Notes: a model not told the origin generated them from the sequence alone. Shown: positions 1 to 14,469, counted from the stretch's first letter. The stretch is DNA of 64,000 bases from Octopus vulgaris (GCA_951406725.2 OX597830.1:9424001-9488000), one strand, 5' to 3'. A program made the numbers and translations.

Positions 1-814
1 ACACATACGGAAGCACACATTAAAAAAAATAAACGCACGTACACACAAACTCACGCGCAAACACGCACATGCACACACACACAGACACACTTACACATGT
101 GTGTACAGATACACTTGTCCGTACAAGCATTACACATCTACACATACGCACACATACACGCACACACACACACACGCTCGCACATGTTCGCGTATTCACA
201 CACGCATTCACCGTACAAACACGTAGTCACGCACACACATTCGCACGCACATTTTCACACGCGTTCACACACACACACACACACGCATACACACAAACAC
301 ACACACTCAATCACACACACACACACACACAATCACTCATACACAGACGCACACACACACACGCATACACACAAACACACACACACTCAATCACACACAC
401 ACACACAGACACAATCACTCATACACAGACGCACACACACACACGCATACACAAAACACACACACACTCAATCACACACACACACACACACATACACACA
501 CAATCACTCATACACACACGCACACACACACACGCATACACACAAACACACACACACTCAATCACACACACACACACACACATACACACACAATCACTCA
601 TACACACACACGCACACACACATAAGATATACGCAAACATTTTGTCGCTCGCACTTGAGGTTACAACTATTTTTGAAAGGAAGTGACCACACGCAAACAC
701 ACACATACACAATTACATTCACACACATGAGAAAAGCGTATGCACACACACACACACACACACACTACCACCACCACAACCACCACCACACTCCTATATA
801 TCACAGTCCTTCTA

Positions 815-852
<38 letters not shown>

Positions 853-982
853 CACGCACACACAAGCGCATGTATGAGTGCTTTCGTCTGCTTGTATGTG
901 CGTTTCAGCGTATACGTACGCACGTAAAAATGTATGTGTGTAAGGAACGTCTTTGAGTGCCTTTCTCACACACTCACACATA

Positions 983-1035
<53 letters not shown>

Positions 1036-1100
1036 ATACGAACATACACTCACACAAGCACACACATAAACACAACACTCGCACACACACACATCTAGTA
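1..1100. repeat. (CA)n-rich microsatellite field with a ~80-bp higher-order repeat x4 at 281-620
   Basis: ACGCATACAC..CTCAATCAC..AATCACTCATACAC unit occurs four times. Confidence 0.9.
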
Positions 1101-1169
1101 GTATTTACTTTTGGTTCCATCGTTCGTCCATAAATTTTTACTCCATTCTCTCTCTCTCTTTCTCTCTTT

Positions 1170-1206
<37 letters not shown>

Positions 1207-1384
1207 ATCAACACATCTCTCTGTCTGTCACTCGCTTCTATCTCGTCTCCCTCTTTTCATCTATCTCTCTCTCTCTTTTCATCTCTCTCTCACTCTCTCT
1301 CTCTCTCTCTCTCTCTCTGTCTATCTATCTATCTCTCTGATTATCCGTCCGTCCTTTCATCCATCTGTCTGTCTCTATATTCTG

Positions 1385-1467
<83 letters not shown>

Positions 1468-1728
1468 CTCTGTATCTGTCTGTCTGTCGCATAGTCCTTC
1501 ATTCTCTCTATCTCTCAACTACCCCCCTCTTACACTCTATCATCGTTCTAAATCCCCCACACGCACACACATACACACTCTCCCCCCCCTCCGCCATATC
1601 AATTTTCATTTCTTTTCATATTCAAAACTACCTGTTATCATCTTGTGTCTTCCCAGCTCTCTCTCTCTCTCTCTCTCTCTGCCATTCAGCTCACCACCGC
1701 CACCACCACCACCACCACCACCACCACC

Positions 1729-1762
<34 letters not shown>

Positions 1763-2007
1763 TCAAAGCCGCCACCGGCAATCTTCTACTGCAGTTAGTT
1801 GTTGTTTTATATATACATATATATATATAACTTGCAAGTTATCATAAAATTCTGCCAATCCAGCAATTTGCCAATTTGCCAACTCAGCAGTGATTGAACT
1901 CTACAAATTGCCAATCAGCAAAACTAAAATGAAACTTGCTTTTTCTTCGGTGAACTTACGTAACTTAACCATCTCTCTCTGTCTGTCTGTTTGTCTGCCT
2001 CACACAC

Positions 2008-2067
<60 letters not shown>

Positions 2068-2174
2068 ACACACATACACACACATACACACACACGCACA
2101 CACACACACATACACACATACACACACACTCACACATGCACACACACTCACACACACACACATACACACACTCA

Positions 2175-2221
<47 letters not shown>

Positions 2222-2626
2222 ACGCACACACACACACACACACACTCACTCACACATACACACACTCACGCACACACGAATATATATACATATATTCACT
2301 TCTGTACTTATGTATGTGTGGGTCTCTTTTTTATGTGAGTGTGTATTCATTCATATACACACGCATATATAAATGTTTGTGTGTGTGTGTGTGTGTATAT
2401 ATTTGTGCGTGTGTGTATGTATCGGTATATGTGTGTGTGTGTGCATGCGTGCGTGTGTGTATATGCATATGCTCACACGCTTATTTTTCCGTATGGCTCC
2501 TGTATGTATATATATATATCGCATATACGCATACACGGGAATATATATGTATGTATATAAGTATGTATATATGTATACACACACACAAACACACAAATAT
2601 ACTTACAATTATTTATATATATATGC

Positions 2627-2662
<36 letters not shown>

Positions 2663-2735
2663 ATATACAAATATACATTGACATACACAGACATATACAT
2701 AAAGCACACGTTCACATACGTACTAACACAAACAG

Positions 2736-2778
<43 letters not shown>

Positions 2779-3333
2779 CACGCACACACGCACATAAGCA
2801 CATAAGTACAAACACAGACGCGCATACACATTTAGTAGATAGACAGAGACTTGAAAATACACATGTACGTAACTGGATCCTCCACCTCTTACGACGATGA
2901 CTATTTACTTATGACTATTTATGGCCCCTCTTCAGTTATCCAACTGACACAGAGGACTTATTGATTATTTTTAATGACTATTGCATAAGTGGCTGAGTAC
3001 TCCGTAACCACGTGTATTCTTTGCGTAATACTCGAGTCGAATCAGCGTGACACGGAGTGAGACGAAAGTGGACGTCTACATTTTTATGTGGTGCCCGTTC
3101 AGTGGGATTCTACATAGTTTCCGTTTCCCCGATTGAATTCACCAGATATGGATGACCTCCGGGGATATGATAAAACGTAATTACTTAATATGCCATGCAA
3201 TGGAATCGAACCCGCGATTTCATGATTGCAAGGCTACCTTCTTAAACGCTTGGGTCTTGAACATACGTACATATATACATACATACACGCATAATCAGAC
3301 ATGTGCACACACACACACACATACACACACACC

Positions 3334-3371
<38 letters not shown>

Positions 3372-3636
3372 TGCAAATACGTACTACCTATCTACCTACC
3401 TACATACATACATACATACATACACATATGCATACTTGTATATATATGTATATATATACGCACATACACAGACACACACATACATGTAGATAAAATCACA
3501 TAATCATACATACGCGCAAACATGTAAACACATATATACACACACTTGTACATACACATTATATTGACAATCCACACACGCAGATACCGACTAACACACA
3601 CACACACACACACACACATATTATATATATATATAT

Positions 3637-3842
3637 GGAGGCGCAATGGCCTAGTGGTTAGGGCAGCGGACTTGCGGTCGGAGGATCGCGGTTTCGATTC
3701 CCAGACCGGGCGTTGTGTGTGTTTATTGAGCGAAAACACCTAAAATCTCCACGAGGCTCCAGCAGGGGATGGTGGTGATCCCTGCTGTACTCTAAAAGGC
3801 GGTGCTCCAGCATGGCCGCAGTCAAATGACTGAAACAAGTAC

Positions 3843-3859
<17 letters not shown>
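3637..3859 (+). mobile_element. tRNA-derived SINE family A (tRNA-Arg-like head) with a family-C-type 3' tail and poly(A)
   Basis: Pol III box A TGGCCTAGTGG (3647) and box B GTTTCGATTCC (3691). The head is nearly identical to the copies at 9481-9709 and 18995-19362. Confidence 0.85.
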
Positions 3860-3874
<15 letters not shown>

Positions 3875-4460
3875 GCCGCTAATTCACATACACATAACAC
3901 GTAGACACACACACGCATACATATACACAATATATACAAATATAAACACACACGTCTACATATACACATGCACTCACATTTGTACGTACACATATTTTCT
4001 CTCTCTCTCTCTCAGACACGCACTCATACACGCACTCACACACATACGAACACACGCACAGGTGCTCATACATACACACACGGGTGCGCGCGCGTATCGT
4101 ACTCATACTTTCACATAAACAAATACGAAACCATGTATGCATTCGTAAAGTCACACACTCACACACACACACGCATACACACACATGCACACACACATGC
4201 ACACACATACACACACACACACATATACGCGCACACATACACGCTCTGTCACGTACGTAAACATATATGTAAATGCATAGAAAACTTACAGACATGCGAT
4301 CATACATACACATACACTCAGGTATCGAAGCAAAAGATCTTCCATCGCTGTCGACGGTGAGCTTTTACATTCGTGTCGATCAAGAAGACTATCTACTCTT
4401 TAGATTATTGTGAATGTGGCTAAGTTTACCGCGAACGCGTGTACATTTAGCGTAATTTTC

Positions 4461-4625
4461 AGGTGCAGCGTGGCTCGCTTAGATACCATGTGGTTTCGGG
4501 GTCAGTCCTTCGGTGTGGCACCTTGGGGATGTGCCTTCCACTATAGCCCAGGGTAGACCGAAGCCTTGTGAATGGATCTTGTGCGCGGAAACTGTGTGGA
4601 AGCCTGTCGTATATGTGTATGGAAA

Positions 4626-4697
<72 letters not shown>

Positions 4698-4920
4698 TGT
4701 ATGTATATATGTGTATGTCTTTGTATTTGCGGTGTTTGTTCTCTCCAATGCACCGCTCCACGAGCGGTGTTGGTTTGGTTATGTTCTGTTAACTTTGCGG
4801 TTCAGGCAAAAGCGTACGATAGAATGAGTACCAAACTTTTAAAAGAATAAGTAGAGAGGTAGATTAAGGCGTTGCTCCAGCATGGTCTGCGGCTCAGTGA
4901 CTAAAATAAATATGAGATAA
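4461..4920 (+). mobile_element. Degenerate SINE family C copy with an expanded internal (TA)n
   Basis: Both halves are recognisable around the TA tract at 4628-4693. Confidence 0.7.
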
Positions 4921-5242
4921 AAGATGAAGTTGGGAGCGAAGGGCTCCCCAAAACTCCCGCCTGGCTCAAAATGCAAGGGTCCGGGATCGAACTCAAGAAC
5001 TCAGGATCGGGAGGGAAATTTCATAACTACTCGATCATGCCTATACAAACAGAGCAACTGGAAAGCATATACGCAGATGCACGCGCGCACACACACATGC
5101 ACATATGCACACACACACACACAGACGCGCAAACACACACGTACGATTCATGTAGCAACATACATTTGCACATACGCATACATATACATATACGCACATC
5201 GTACACATACATATGTGTACGGTGCCACAGATACAGAGACAC

Positions 5243-5286
<44 letters not shown>

Positions 5287-5536
5287 GTGCACACAAATAC
5301 ATACACCCAAACATACACACTCGCTCTGATGCAAAACCGTAACGTTATGTTATAAGATGGTTACACAATATACAATGTATGTGTGTGTGAGTATGTGTCT
5401 GTGTGTGCGTTTACATTAATGCATGTATATATATATATATATTAATTTATAATAACAATATGACAACAAAAGAATGAATGAGACCTCGATATTATGTAAA
5501 TAGAGGAATTTATCTATAAATATAATAAGTGACAAT

Positions 5537-5657
5537 GTTGTCATAATAAAACTCAGAGTTTCGGATGACGGGGCATTTCATTAGTTATTGAGACAAACGA
5601 GATGCCGAAGCAGACTTCAGCCCCGGCATCCGAAACTCTGAGTTTTATTATGATAAC
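5537..5657. repeat. Inverted repeat (38-bp arms, 2 mismatches) made of hammerhead-like Penelope-type ends
   Basis: 5537-5574 pairs with 5620-5657. The minus strand reads AATAA-CTAATGA-...-CC-GAAA-CTCTGAG-TT-TTATT. Confidence 0.7.
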
Positions 5658-5678
5658 CAATTAATTGTCATATATATA

Positions 5679-5737
<59 letters not shown>

Positions 5738-5844
5738 CTGTGTATATGCGTATATGCATGCATGTAACCATCTATGCATGTATAAACGTATATTTGCATG
5801 TGAGTATATATATATATACATATATATATGTTTATGTATGTGTG

Positions 5845-6250
5845 TCCTTGCGTCTGTGTTTGTCCCCCACCATCGTTTGACAACCGGTGTTGGTGCGTTT
5901 ATGTCCCCATAAGTTAGCGGTTTGGCAATAGAGATCGATAAAATAATTATTAGGCTTACAAAGAATAAGTACTGGGGTCGGTCACTTCAACTAAAACTTG
6001 TGCTCCAGCATGGCCGCAAAAAGTTGACTTAAATGTGTAAAAGAGTAAAAGAGTATATGTGTGTGTATGTGTGTGTGTGTGTGTGTTATACGGTTGTGTG
6101 GTGAGAGTTAAGATGTTTGCTTCCCAATCACATCGTTCTGGGTTCAGTCCCACTGCGTGGCACCTTGGCCAAGTGTCTTCTGCTATAGCCTCGGGCCAAT
6201 CAAAGCCTTGTGAGTGGTTTTAGTAGATGGAAACTGAAAGAAGCCCATCG

Positions 6251-6281
<31 letters not shown>

Positions 6282-6510
6282 GCGTTTGTGTATGTGTGTG
6301 TGTGTGTGCGTGTTATCTGTGTTTACATCCCGATAACTTAGCAGTTCGGCAAAGACTCAGACGGATTAAGTGCAAGGCTTAAAAAAACAAAAAACAAAAA
6401 AGAAAAAGAAAAAGAAACTGAGGTCGATTCGCTGGACAAAGAACAAGTTCTTCAAAGCGGTGCCCCAGCATGGCCGCTGTCTAATGACTAAAGCAAGTCA
6501 AAGATAAAGA
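5845..6510 (+). mobile_element. SINE family C 3' half (5845-6055) followed by a full copy (6090-6510)
   Basis: Matches the family C pattern seen at 39033-39478. Confidence 0.8.
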
Positions 6511-6873
6511 ATACACACACGTGTGTATGTGTGTGTGTGTGAGTGTGTGTGTGAGTGTAGTTGTACGCAAGCATAAACACAAATACATGTACGCAGACGC
6601 ACAGACGCACACACACATAGACCCCTTCATATACCCAGGTATCCGGGATCATCAGACACACCTTAGACACACCTGCCTCACCCATTCAGCATCTCAGACC
6701 CACCATCAAAGCTCAGCCAATGAGCATGAATCCGTGTTAATAAGTCAGCGTGTCTGTCGCACGGTGGCGCTGCTGGTGGTGATGATGCCGGCATTCGTTA
6801 CGCTGTAGCTGTTGTGTTGAAGTTGAATGGATTTCGGTCTGTTCGTCTACCTGAGGCAGGAGAGGGCGCCACT

Positions 6874-6874
<1 letters not shown>

Positions 6875-6923
<49 letters not shown>

Positions 6924-7026
6924 GAACGGATGATGATGATGCTGATGAGATAATAGTAACGATGACGAGAATGTGATGTTGTCGATACGTTATGTTGGTG
7001 ATGATGACGACGACGACGACAAAGAC

Positions 7027-7072
<46 letters not shown>

Positions 7073-7330
7073 GTGATGAGCGTGGTGTTGATAATGATAG
7101 TAAGGATGATGGTGGTGATTATAATAGTTATGTTAATCATGTTGATAACGATTATGATGATGATGATGATGATGATGATGTTTATGAAAGTGATGTCGAT
7201 ATATATGTTGATGATGATGACGATGACGATGATGATGATTATGATGATGATGATGATGAAGGTGATGTCGAGAAATATGTTGATGATGACGGTGATGATG
7301 ATGATGATAATTACGTTAATCATGTTGATG
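6875..7330. repeat. (CTA)n followed by a degenerate (GAT)n microsatellite
   Basis: Directly visible; source of the poly-D/M/I ORFs. Confidence 0.95.
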
Positions 7331-7829
7331 ACAGCGTTGGCAAAAGAACTGCTATCGTTGCCCTTGTTGTTTAGTCTCAGTTCCGTTGCGATGGAGCGAA
7401 GGCTTTCCACCCGTGACAACACAGTCTATTTATTTTGTAAAAACAAGCACTACAATGCAAATGTTTTTCGTTTATTTAAGACCTTAAAGCATCACTTTGA
7501 GGGAGATTGACTGCTATTTCTTGCCTTACATGCGACCACTCAGTTTTATTGCCGTTGCTCTTGATTATTGTTGTTGTCGTTGTTGAGAATTGTATTACTA
7601 ACCTACATAACTATATATTCACACACACACATGTACAAACACACACACACTCATACATATATATATGTGTGTGTCTATGTATATATATATACATATACAC
7701 ATATGTGTGTACGTGTATATATATATGTATGAGTGTATGTGTGTGTATATATATATATATGTATATATATATATGTATATATACATGTGTATATATATGT
7801 GTGTGTGCGTATATATATATGTATGTGCG

Positions 7830-7860
<31 letters not shown>

Positions 7861-7936
7861 ATTTCTGTGTGTGTATGTGTGTATATATATATGTGTGTGT
7901 GTGTATACATATGTGTGCGTACACACACACACACAT

Positions 7937-7964
<28 letters not shown>

Positions 7965-7968
<4 letters not shown>

Positions 7969-8295
7969 GCTGTCACGTGTTTTCGAGTTCAGTCCCACTG
8001 CGCAACACTTTTGACGAAAGTCCTCTTCTATAGCCACGGGTCGACCAGAGCCTAGTCAGTGGATCTAGGACATGGAAACTGAAAGAAGCTCGTCGTGTAT
8101 GTGTGTGTCTTTGTGTCTGTGTTAGTCCCCCACCCCCGCTTAATAACCGGTGTTGGTCTGTTAACATCACGGTAAATTTGCAGTTCGACAAAAGAAACCG
8201 ATAGAATAAGTATTGAGTTTATGCAAATAAGTACAGGGGTCGATTCATTCGACAGCATGGCCGCTGTCTAATGACAGAAACAAGTAAAAGATAAA
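7965..8295 (+). mobile_element. SINE family C copy (5'-truncated)
   Basis: GTTCAGTCCCACTGCG...GGAAACTGAAAGAAGC...AGCATGGCCGC. Confidence 0.75.
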
Positions 8296-9480
8296 ATGTA
8301 TGTATGTGTGCAACACCTTGTATTCTGCTGATGAGGTCTAATAAGTTAGAAACATTACTGTTACTTTCATCAGCCGGCTTTAACAATCAGGGACCACACC
8401 TAGCTACCTTATATTTGGACAAATGTTTCATATTAAATTCTCCACCGAAGCAAGGCACGATATCCTTGATACCTCCTCGTAAAAAAAAAGCAAATAGGTA
8501 TAAAAAAAATTTAGGGGTCTCTAATAAACCAACCTCTCAGTCTTCAAAAAAACACCCCAAAAAACCACAAAGTGTGAGGACTTTATAGAAGGGGTATTAC
8601 ATATTAGATCCGGTGAGAAATATTGAATAGAGAAACCCTATATCCAGGTTTTAGTCAAATCATTGCCCCAAAATTTTAACTTGTTAACCTATTGAACTTG
8701 TTCCCTTGTTTTCTGTTTTTAAAATTTAAACTCTCATAGAGGGAATTTTTTTTTACTAATTGCAAGGATAATACATCTAATAGAACGGAGAGTTTTTCTG
8801 TTTTATTTTAATTTTTTCAACTCAGTATATTATGTAGGTGAATCCCTTCAAGATATGTATTTAGCGAACAAAACGCACTCCTGGGGGGTATTTTTTTTCC
8901 ATTTAATGCTATTCATTCATATACACACTGTATACATACATTACTCATCTGTTGTCTGCATATACACTCTCTAAACACACATTACTCATCTTTTATCTAT
9001 ATATTTCTGACACAGCAAAAAGAATTCCGCAAAAATATACAACAAAAAAACAGAAAACATTACGCAAGTTGTGATCTATTTATTAGAGCCTATTGTTGTA
9101 ACAGAGAGCAGTGATAGTTGTGGTGCTGTAGTGTCCGAATTGCTGTTGTTGTTGTTATGGTGGTGGTGGGCGGTCTGGAGATGCGTCGGCGGTGGAGAGC
9201 AATGGTGTAGAGGTCGAGCGATGGTTTGGTTGTGGAGGTGGTGGCGTTAGTGGTCGTGCACATATACGGAGATGTTGGTGATGGTAGTGGTGGTGGTGAT
9301 AACGGTGATGGCGAGGTGGTCGTAGTGGTGGTGTGGCGACGGTGGTACTGGTATCGATGGTGTTACTGGTGATGGTGGTTGTGGTATCAATGGTGGTAGT
9401 GGCGCAAGTTATTGTGGATCCTTTGGAGATATTTGTCATGACGGTGGTGGCGGCGCTGGAGTGGAGTAGTAGTGATGGTA

Positions 9481-9709
9481 TTTTTTGTTTTGTTTGTTTT
9501 TGTTTTTCCAGTTTCAGCTCTTGAGCTGTGGCCATGCTGGGGCACCGCCATTGTGGTGAAAGAGTACAGCAGGGACCACCACCCCCTGCCGGAGCCTCGT
9601 AGAGCTTTTAGGTGTTTTCGCTCAATAAACACACACAACGCCCGGTCTGAGAATCGAAACCGCGATCCTGCGACCGCGAGTCCGCTGCCCTAACCACTAG
9701 GCCATTGCG
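9481..9709 (-). mobile_element. SINE family A copy
   Basis: Reverse complement of the 3637 head; anticodon-loop-like CTCGCGG; A-rich tail. Confidence 0.85.
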
Positions 9710-9904
9710 GACGACTTTAAAAGTAGTGTTGGTGATGTCATGGGGTAGTAAGGATCAAGGCACGGTAGAGGCGCTATTCGTGGTGGTGGCGGAGGTTGTC
9801 GTGATGGTAGAGGTTGAGGTGGTAGCGGCGGGTCGAAGTGGTGATTAGGTGATGGTGGTAGCATTAGTAGTTGTACGGTTTAGCAGTAGTGACGGTGGTG
9901 TTAC

Positions 9905-10130
9905 TGATGGCAGAAGCGTTAGCGCGCCGGCCGAAATGCTTAGCGGTGTCTCGTCTGTCGTTACGTTGTGAGTTCAAATTCCGCCGAGGTTGACTGTGCT
10001 TTTCATCCTTTCGGGGTCGATAAATTAGGTACCAGTTACGCACTGGGGTCGATGTAATCGACCTAATACCTATGTCTGTCCTTGTTTGTCCCCTCTGTGT
10101 TTAGCCCCTTGTGGGTAATAAAGAAATAGG
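9905..10130 (+). mobile_element. tRNA-derived SINE family B
   Basis: TGGCAGAAGCGTTAGC...GAGTTCAAATTCCGCCGAGG (box B)...TTTCATCCTTTCGGGGTCGATAAATTA-GTACCAG; more than 15 copies in the window. Confidence 0.85.
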
Positions 10131-10594
10131 TATAGGTAATGGTATATGAATTTGAGATGATTGTGATGGCGAAAGTGGTGATGATGGAGAGTCAATCATA
10201 ATAATGATTTGAAGATAATTGTAGCATTGGTATTGTTGTTAGTAGTTGTGGTGGCTGTAGTGGTAATAGTGGTGGTGGTTGCGGTGATGTTGGCGGTGGT
10301 GTTCGTAAAGCTTGTAAACAAAGGTAGAGATATTTGCAGTGTGAGATGGTTAGGAATAGGGGAGGGGGTTTCAAGGACAGCATCACACTCACCACCACTC
10401 ACTTTCCATCTCACCCCGACTCCGTCTTCGTTGTCTCCCGTCTGTCTTTCTCTTTCTCCCTCTCACTTCCTCTTTGCCCTAGTTTCTTTTATCCATACAT
10501 ACATACCGGAGTTAATATGAAGTGGTGTATGTGAACAAGTTATCTGTATGTGTGTGTATACATACAGGTGTGTATACATACAGGTGTGTATACA

Positions 10595-10770
10595 TACTTT
10601 TTTTTCCTCTGTCTTCCCTTCTCTGGATCTTTCCTTCTCCTTGTTTCCGAAGAAGAGCTCCGCTCGAAACGTTAAACCCTCCTTCTTCCCTTCTTTCCTG
10701 AGCGTCCAATAATACTATATTTCTTCCACGTTCTCACGTTGTTGTGTTTTTTTGTACTTTCATGTTTGGA
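10595..10770 (+). ncRNA. Second copy of the hammerhead-bearing repeat (core U4->C mutated)
   Basis: GTTT-CCGAAGA-A-GAGCTCCGCTC-GAAA-CGT-T-AAAC with a perfect stem I GTTT/AAAC; flanks are homologous to 38865-39032. Confidence 0.6.
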
Positions 10771-10776
10771 TTAACT

Positions 10777-10807
<31 letters not shown>

Positions 10808-10826
10808 CTTACATATATACATACAC

Positions 10827-10887
<61 letters not shown>

Positions 10888-10906
10888 CACACAAGCACAC
10901 ACACAT

Positions 10907-10969
<63 letters not shown>

Positions 10970-11287
10970 TATATTATGTATGTATATATTTACATACATA
11001 TATAAAGTTATATGTAATTATAATTTAACATTGACCTAAAGATTACTTGAAACCTTTAGTCAGAGTACAACTTTTACAGGAAATAGGTTGATTGTAACTT
11101 CGAAGTTTCGGCTCGCTACCCTTCAGCATTTACCACCACCACCACCACCACACAATGTGTGTATGTGTGTGTTTCTATCGAGGTTGTAACAGGGAAGCTT
11201 ATTTTCCGAAAGCACGTGTGTGTGTATGTGTGTGCTGGCGCTCGTATATTAGTGTCTGTGTGTTTGTAGGTCTTTCTCTGCCGTTTA

Positions 11288-11328
<41 letters not shown>

Positions 11329-11851
11329 TGTGTGTTTGTGCGCGCGATTCAGTCGATCCATGGAGGTGAGAGACATGAATGATGGAAAGAAGCGGGATTC
11401 TTGAAAATCTTTTTCGCTAATCGGACGAGCGACAGACGCACAGTGAACCGTATACATATTTAATATTCTTGTTTCCTACAGGTTTCACTCAGTGTATATC
11501 GGTCATACGGGGTTACTACCTTTCATCGTTTCCGCTGCTCATATCGACTCCACTTTTTGTTTCAGCCAGCCATTGATTTTATTGACGTATGTTTTATTTT
11601 TGAAAGTCGAAGTTAAACTTTGATACAACTGTTTTCAAACCGGTTTTAGACATAAAGACAAAGACAAACAGACACACTCACCCAGGCACTCTCTCTGTCA
11701 CGCGTATACACACATGCACGCACCCTCACATATACACGCACACACACACACACATACATACGTACACACACACACACACACATATTTGTATATTTATCTC
11801 TCACTCTTTCTCTATTTCTTTACTTTTCTCTCTCTTCTCTCCCCATATATT

Positions 11852-11925
<74 letters not shown>

Positions 11926-12339
11926 AGTAGATCTATCTGTCTATCTATCTGATTATCAATTTATCTATCTATCTAGCTATTGATTTGTCTGTCTGTCTAT
12001 CTCTCACTTTTATACACACACACACACACACACACACAAATACCCACAATATATTTACTGCGTAGTCCCTGGATACCGACACTGGAACATCTTCAGCACT
12101 CTACTAGTTCTCATCGCTGTTTCGGTCCTTGAATTACGGTACCTCCGACCCCTACCTGCCTAGCACTACATTCGAATACCCTACACAATATTCTCCACGC
12201 TCTTCTCCTCCACAAATCCGACTCAGCGAGCCACTTCATATCACATCCAGCCACACCCAAAGCCTGGATCTTGCTCATCGCAGTGAGCCCTGCAAATCCT
12301 CTACACCCAACCTCCTTCGCCCACGGTTCTGCTTTCCTC

Positions 12340-12540
12340 TCACTTATCTTGCGCATTATTTATGATATTGATATACGTGTTGAGTTGTATGTTGTTATGG
12401 TCTTGAAGTAACTATGGATGCCTGCCTGGTTGTGCTTGTGTCAGCTCTGTGAACAGTTGAATAGCCATGAAAGAGTCTGCTTATTCGCTTGTGCACTTGG
12501 TGTAAGTATTTATCTAATATCATTTGATGACAAGTTTTGA
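12340..12540 (-). mobile_element. Possible Penelope-like GIY-YIG C-terminal remnant
   Basis: Fragmentary translation HNQAGIHSYF / QDHNNIQLN..IINN is reminiscent of PLE endonuclease tails. Weak. Confidence 0.2.
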
Positions 12541-12714
12541 TCTCTATATACACACACACACACATCATTTCATCTGGGAGTTAACCCTGGAGTTTCTCCT
12601 ATTGAGCTTTGGGGTGTGTTAGTTACGTCAAATACCTGTAGAATTTATATCACACATAATAACTTACTGCACTGCACAGTAAAATTCTCTAAAAATACCA
12701 CAATACAAGAATAT

Positions 12715-12940
12715 TTATTTCTTTATTGCCACAGGGGGCTAAACGTAGAGGGGACAAATAAGGACAGACAAAGGGATTAAGTAGATTACATCGGCCCCAG
12801 TGCGTAACTAGTACTTATTTAATCGACCCCGAAAGGATGAAAGGCACTGTCGAACTCGGAGGAATTTGAACTTACAACGTAACGGTAGACGAAATACCGC
12901 TAAGCATTTCACCCGGTGTGCTAACGATTCTGCCAGCTCG
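12715..12940 (-). mobile_element. SINE family B copy
   Basis: Reverse complement of 9905-10130. Confidence 0.85.
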
Positions 12941-14406
12941 CAGTCCTATTTATACAGGAATATTAACATATATAATCAGATAAAAAGTACCCACACTGCG
13001 TTTAAAAAGAAAACTAACGGAATAACTAAGAAAAATGCATACATTACACCCAAAGATCTGAAATCAATGTAAACTACACTCTGAACTGTAGGCTGCTTAT
13101 TCCAGGGCAAAGCGAACTAGACTTGACAATCAGCAAAAGAAGATGAGTACAAGTAAATATCAGCTTTTGTCATAGGCTTTAAAGAGATTGGGAATTGCTG
13201 TTTTATAGAATTTAACATTGTAGATTATTATTTATGTGTCTTAGAAAATCTCTTCCATATAACCATTCACTTTGCACCTAGTCTCAAAACTAAAGCACGA
13301 TCTACATGCATACTTATAATTAATAGCAATGAATAGGGACATTTTAAACGTTTCATTGAGAAGATATAGCGTGCTGCGTTTGAAATTATAGACATTTTTC
13401 TTTAGAGTAAACCAGAGCAGATGGACAACAATAGTAGCGTAGGACTGTATTGGACGACACCATGATGATTTCCAACAGCTGGAGTGAATGCACAGCTGAC
13501 ACGTTCAGGAAACAATCATGCACAACTTGAAGTTAGATACAAACTTGGTACCTGTTGCTATGTGTCAATTTACAGGATATAACGATGAACTTAAAGCATT
13601 TGTCGAAACGCTGAATCATGTCCCTTGGATAACAATTGCATGAGTCGGTGCATCATGTGTCAGCTCACTATACTTGCAACGAAATGGAGATGCTATGTTG
13701 CCTTACATTAATTCTATAGGAAACTAATTTAAGAGCTAATTGTACTAGTATGCTTACATTTTATAACACGGTCACCATGAAAGCATTACACTGCTCATTC
13801 GAGGTAAATTTAGTAAAAGAAAGATCAGCACGAGGTTATCGGCATTGCATTTGCTACAGGGATAGAACGGCACCTATTCAATAATACTTCAAAAATAGAG
13901 TAATTTATGTTTAACTGCGAAATATCATATAACAACCCTACACAAAGAATGAATAGAAAAACAGCTATTGTCAGCAAGTCGATATTAACGGAGTTAATAT
14001 GGAATTGCAGGCACGGTATGAAATGTTTGCTAACACATTCAAGACAAAGAACATGGCACTGGTGACAGCAACGCTTCATTTTACTGTTACAACTACAACA
14101 TAATTCATTGAAAAACAATGTCTTCAACTTTCTGGAAACTAACTTGAACTGCACGCACAACATATATATATATACATATATGTATGCATATATATCTATA
14201 TGTATGTACGTATGTATGTATGTATGTATGTATGTATGTATGTATGTATGTATGTATGTACGTATGCATGTATGTATGAATGTATATATATATACTTATA
14301 AATACATATATATATATACATATATATATATACATACATATGCATACATACATACATATGCATACATACATACATATGCATATATATATGCATACATACA
14401 TACATG

Positions 14407-14469
<63 letters not shown>

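Noticed and set aside
69-927. Long His/Thr-rich ORFs, and all similar HT-, CV-, YI-, LS-, poly-I/N/L ORFs in the track
   Set aside because: Translations of (CA)n, (TA)n, (TCTA)n and (ATT)n microsatellites that lack stop codons in some frames.
3637-3710. Functional tRNA-Arg gene
   Set aside because: No proper acceptor stem or oligo-T terminator; it continues into a shared SINE body in all copies.
6973-7374. Asp-rich 'Aspein-like' biomineral protein
   Set aside because: (GAT)n microsatellite, no signal peptide, non-ATG start, open in several frames.
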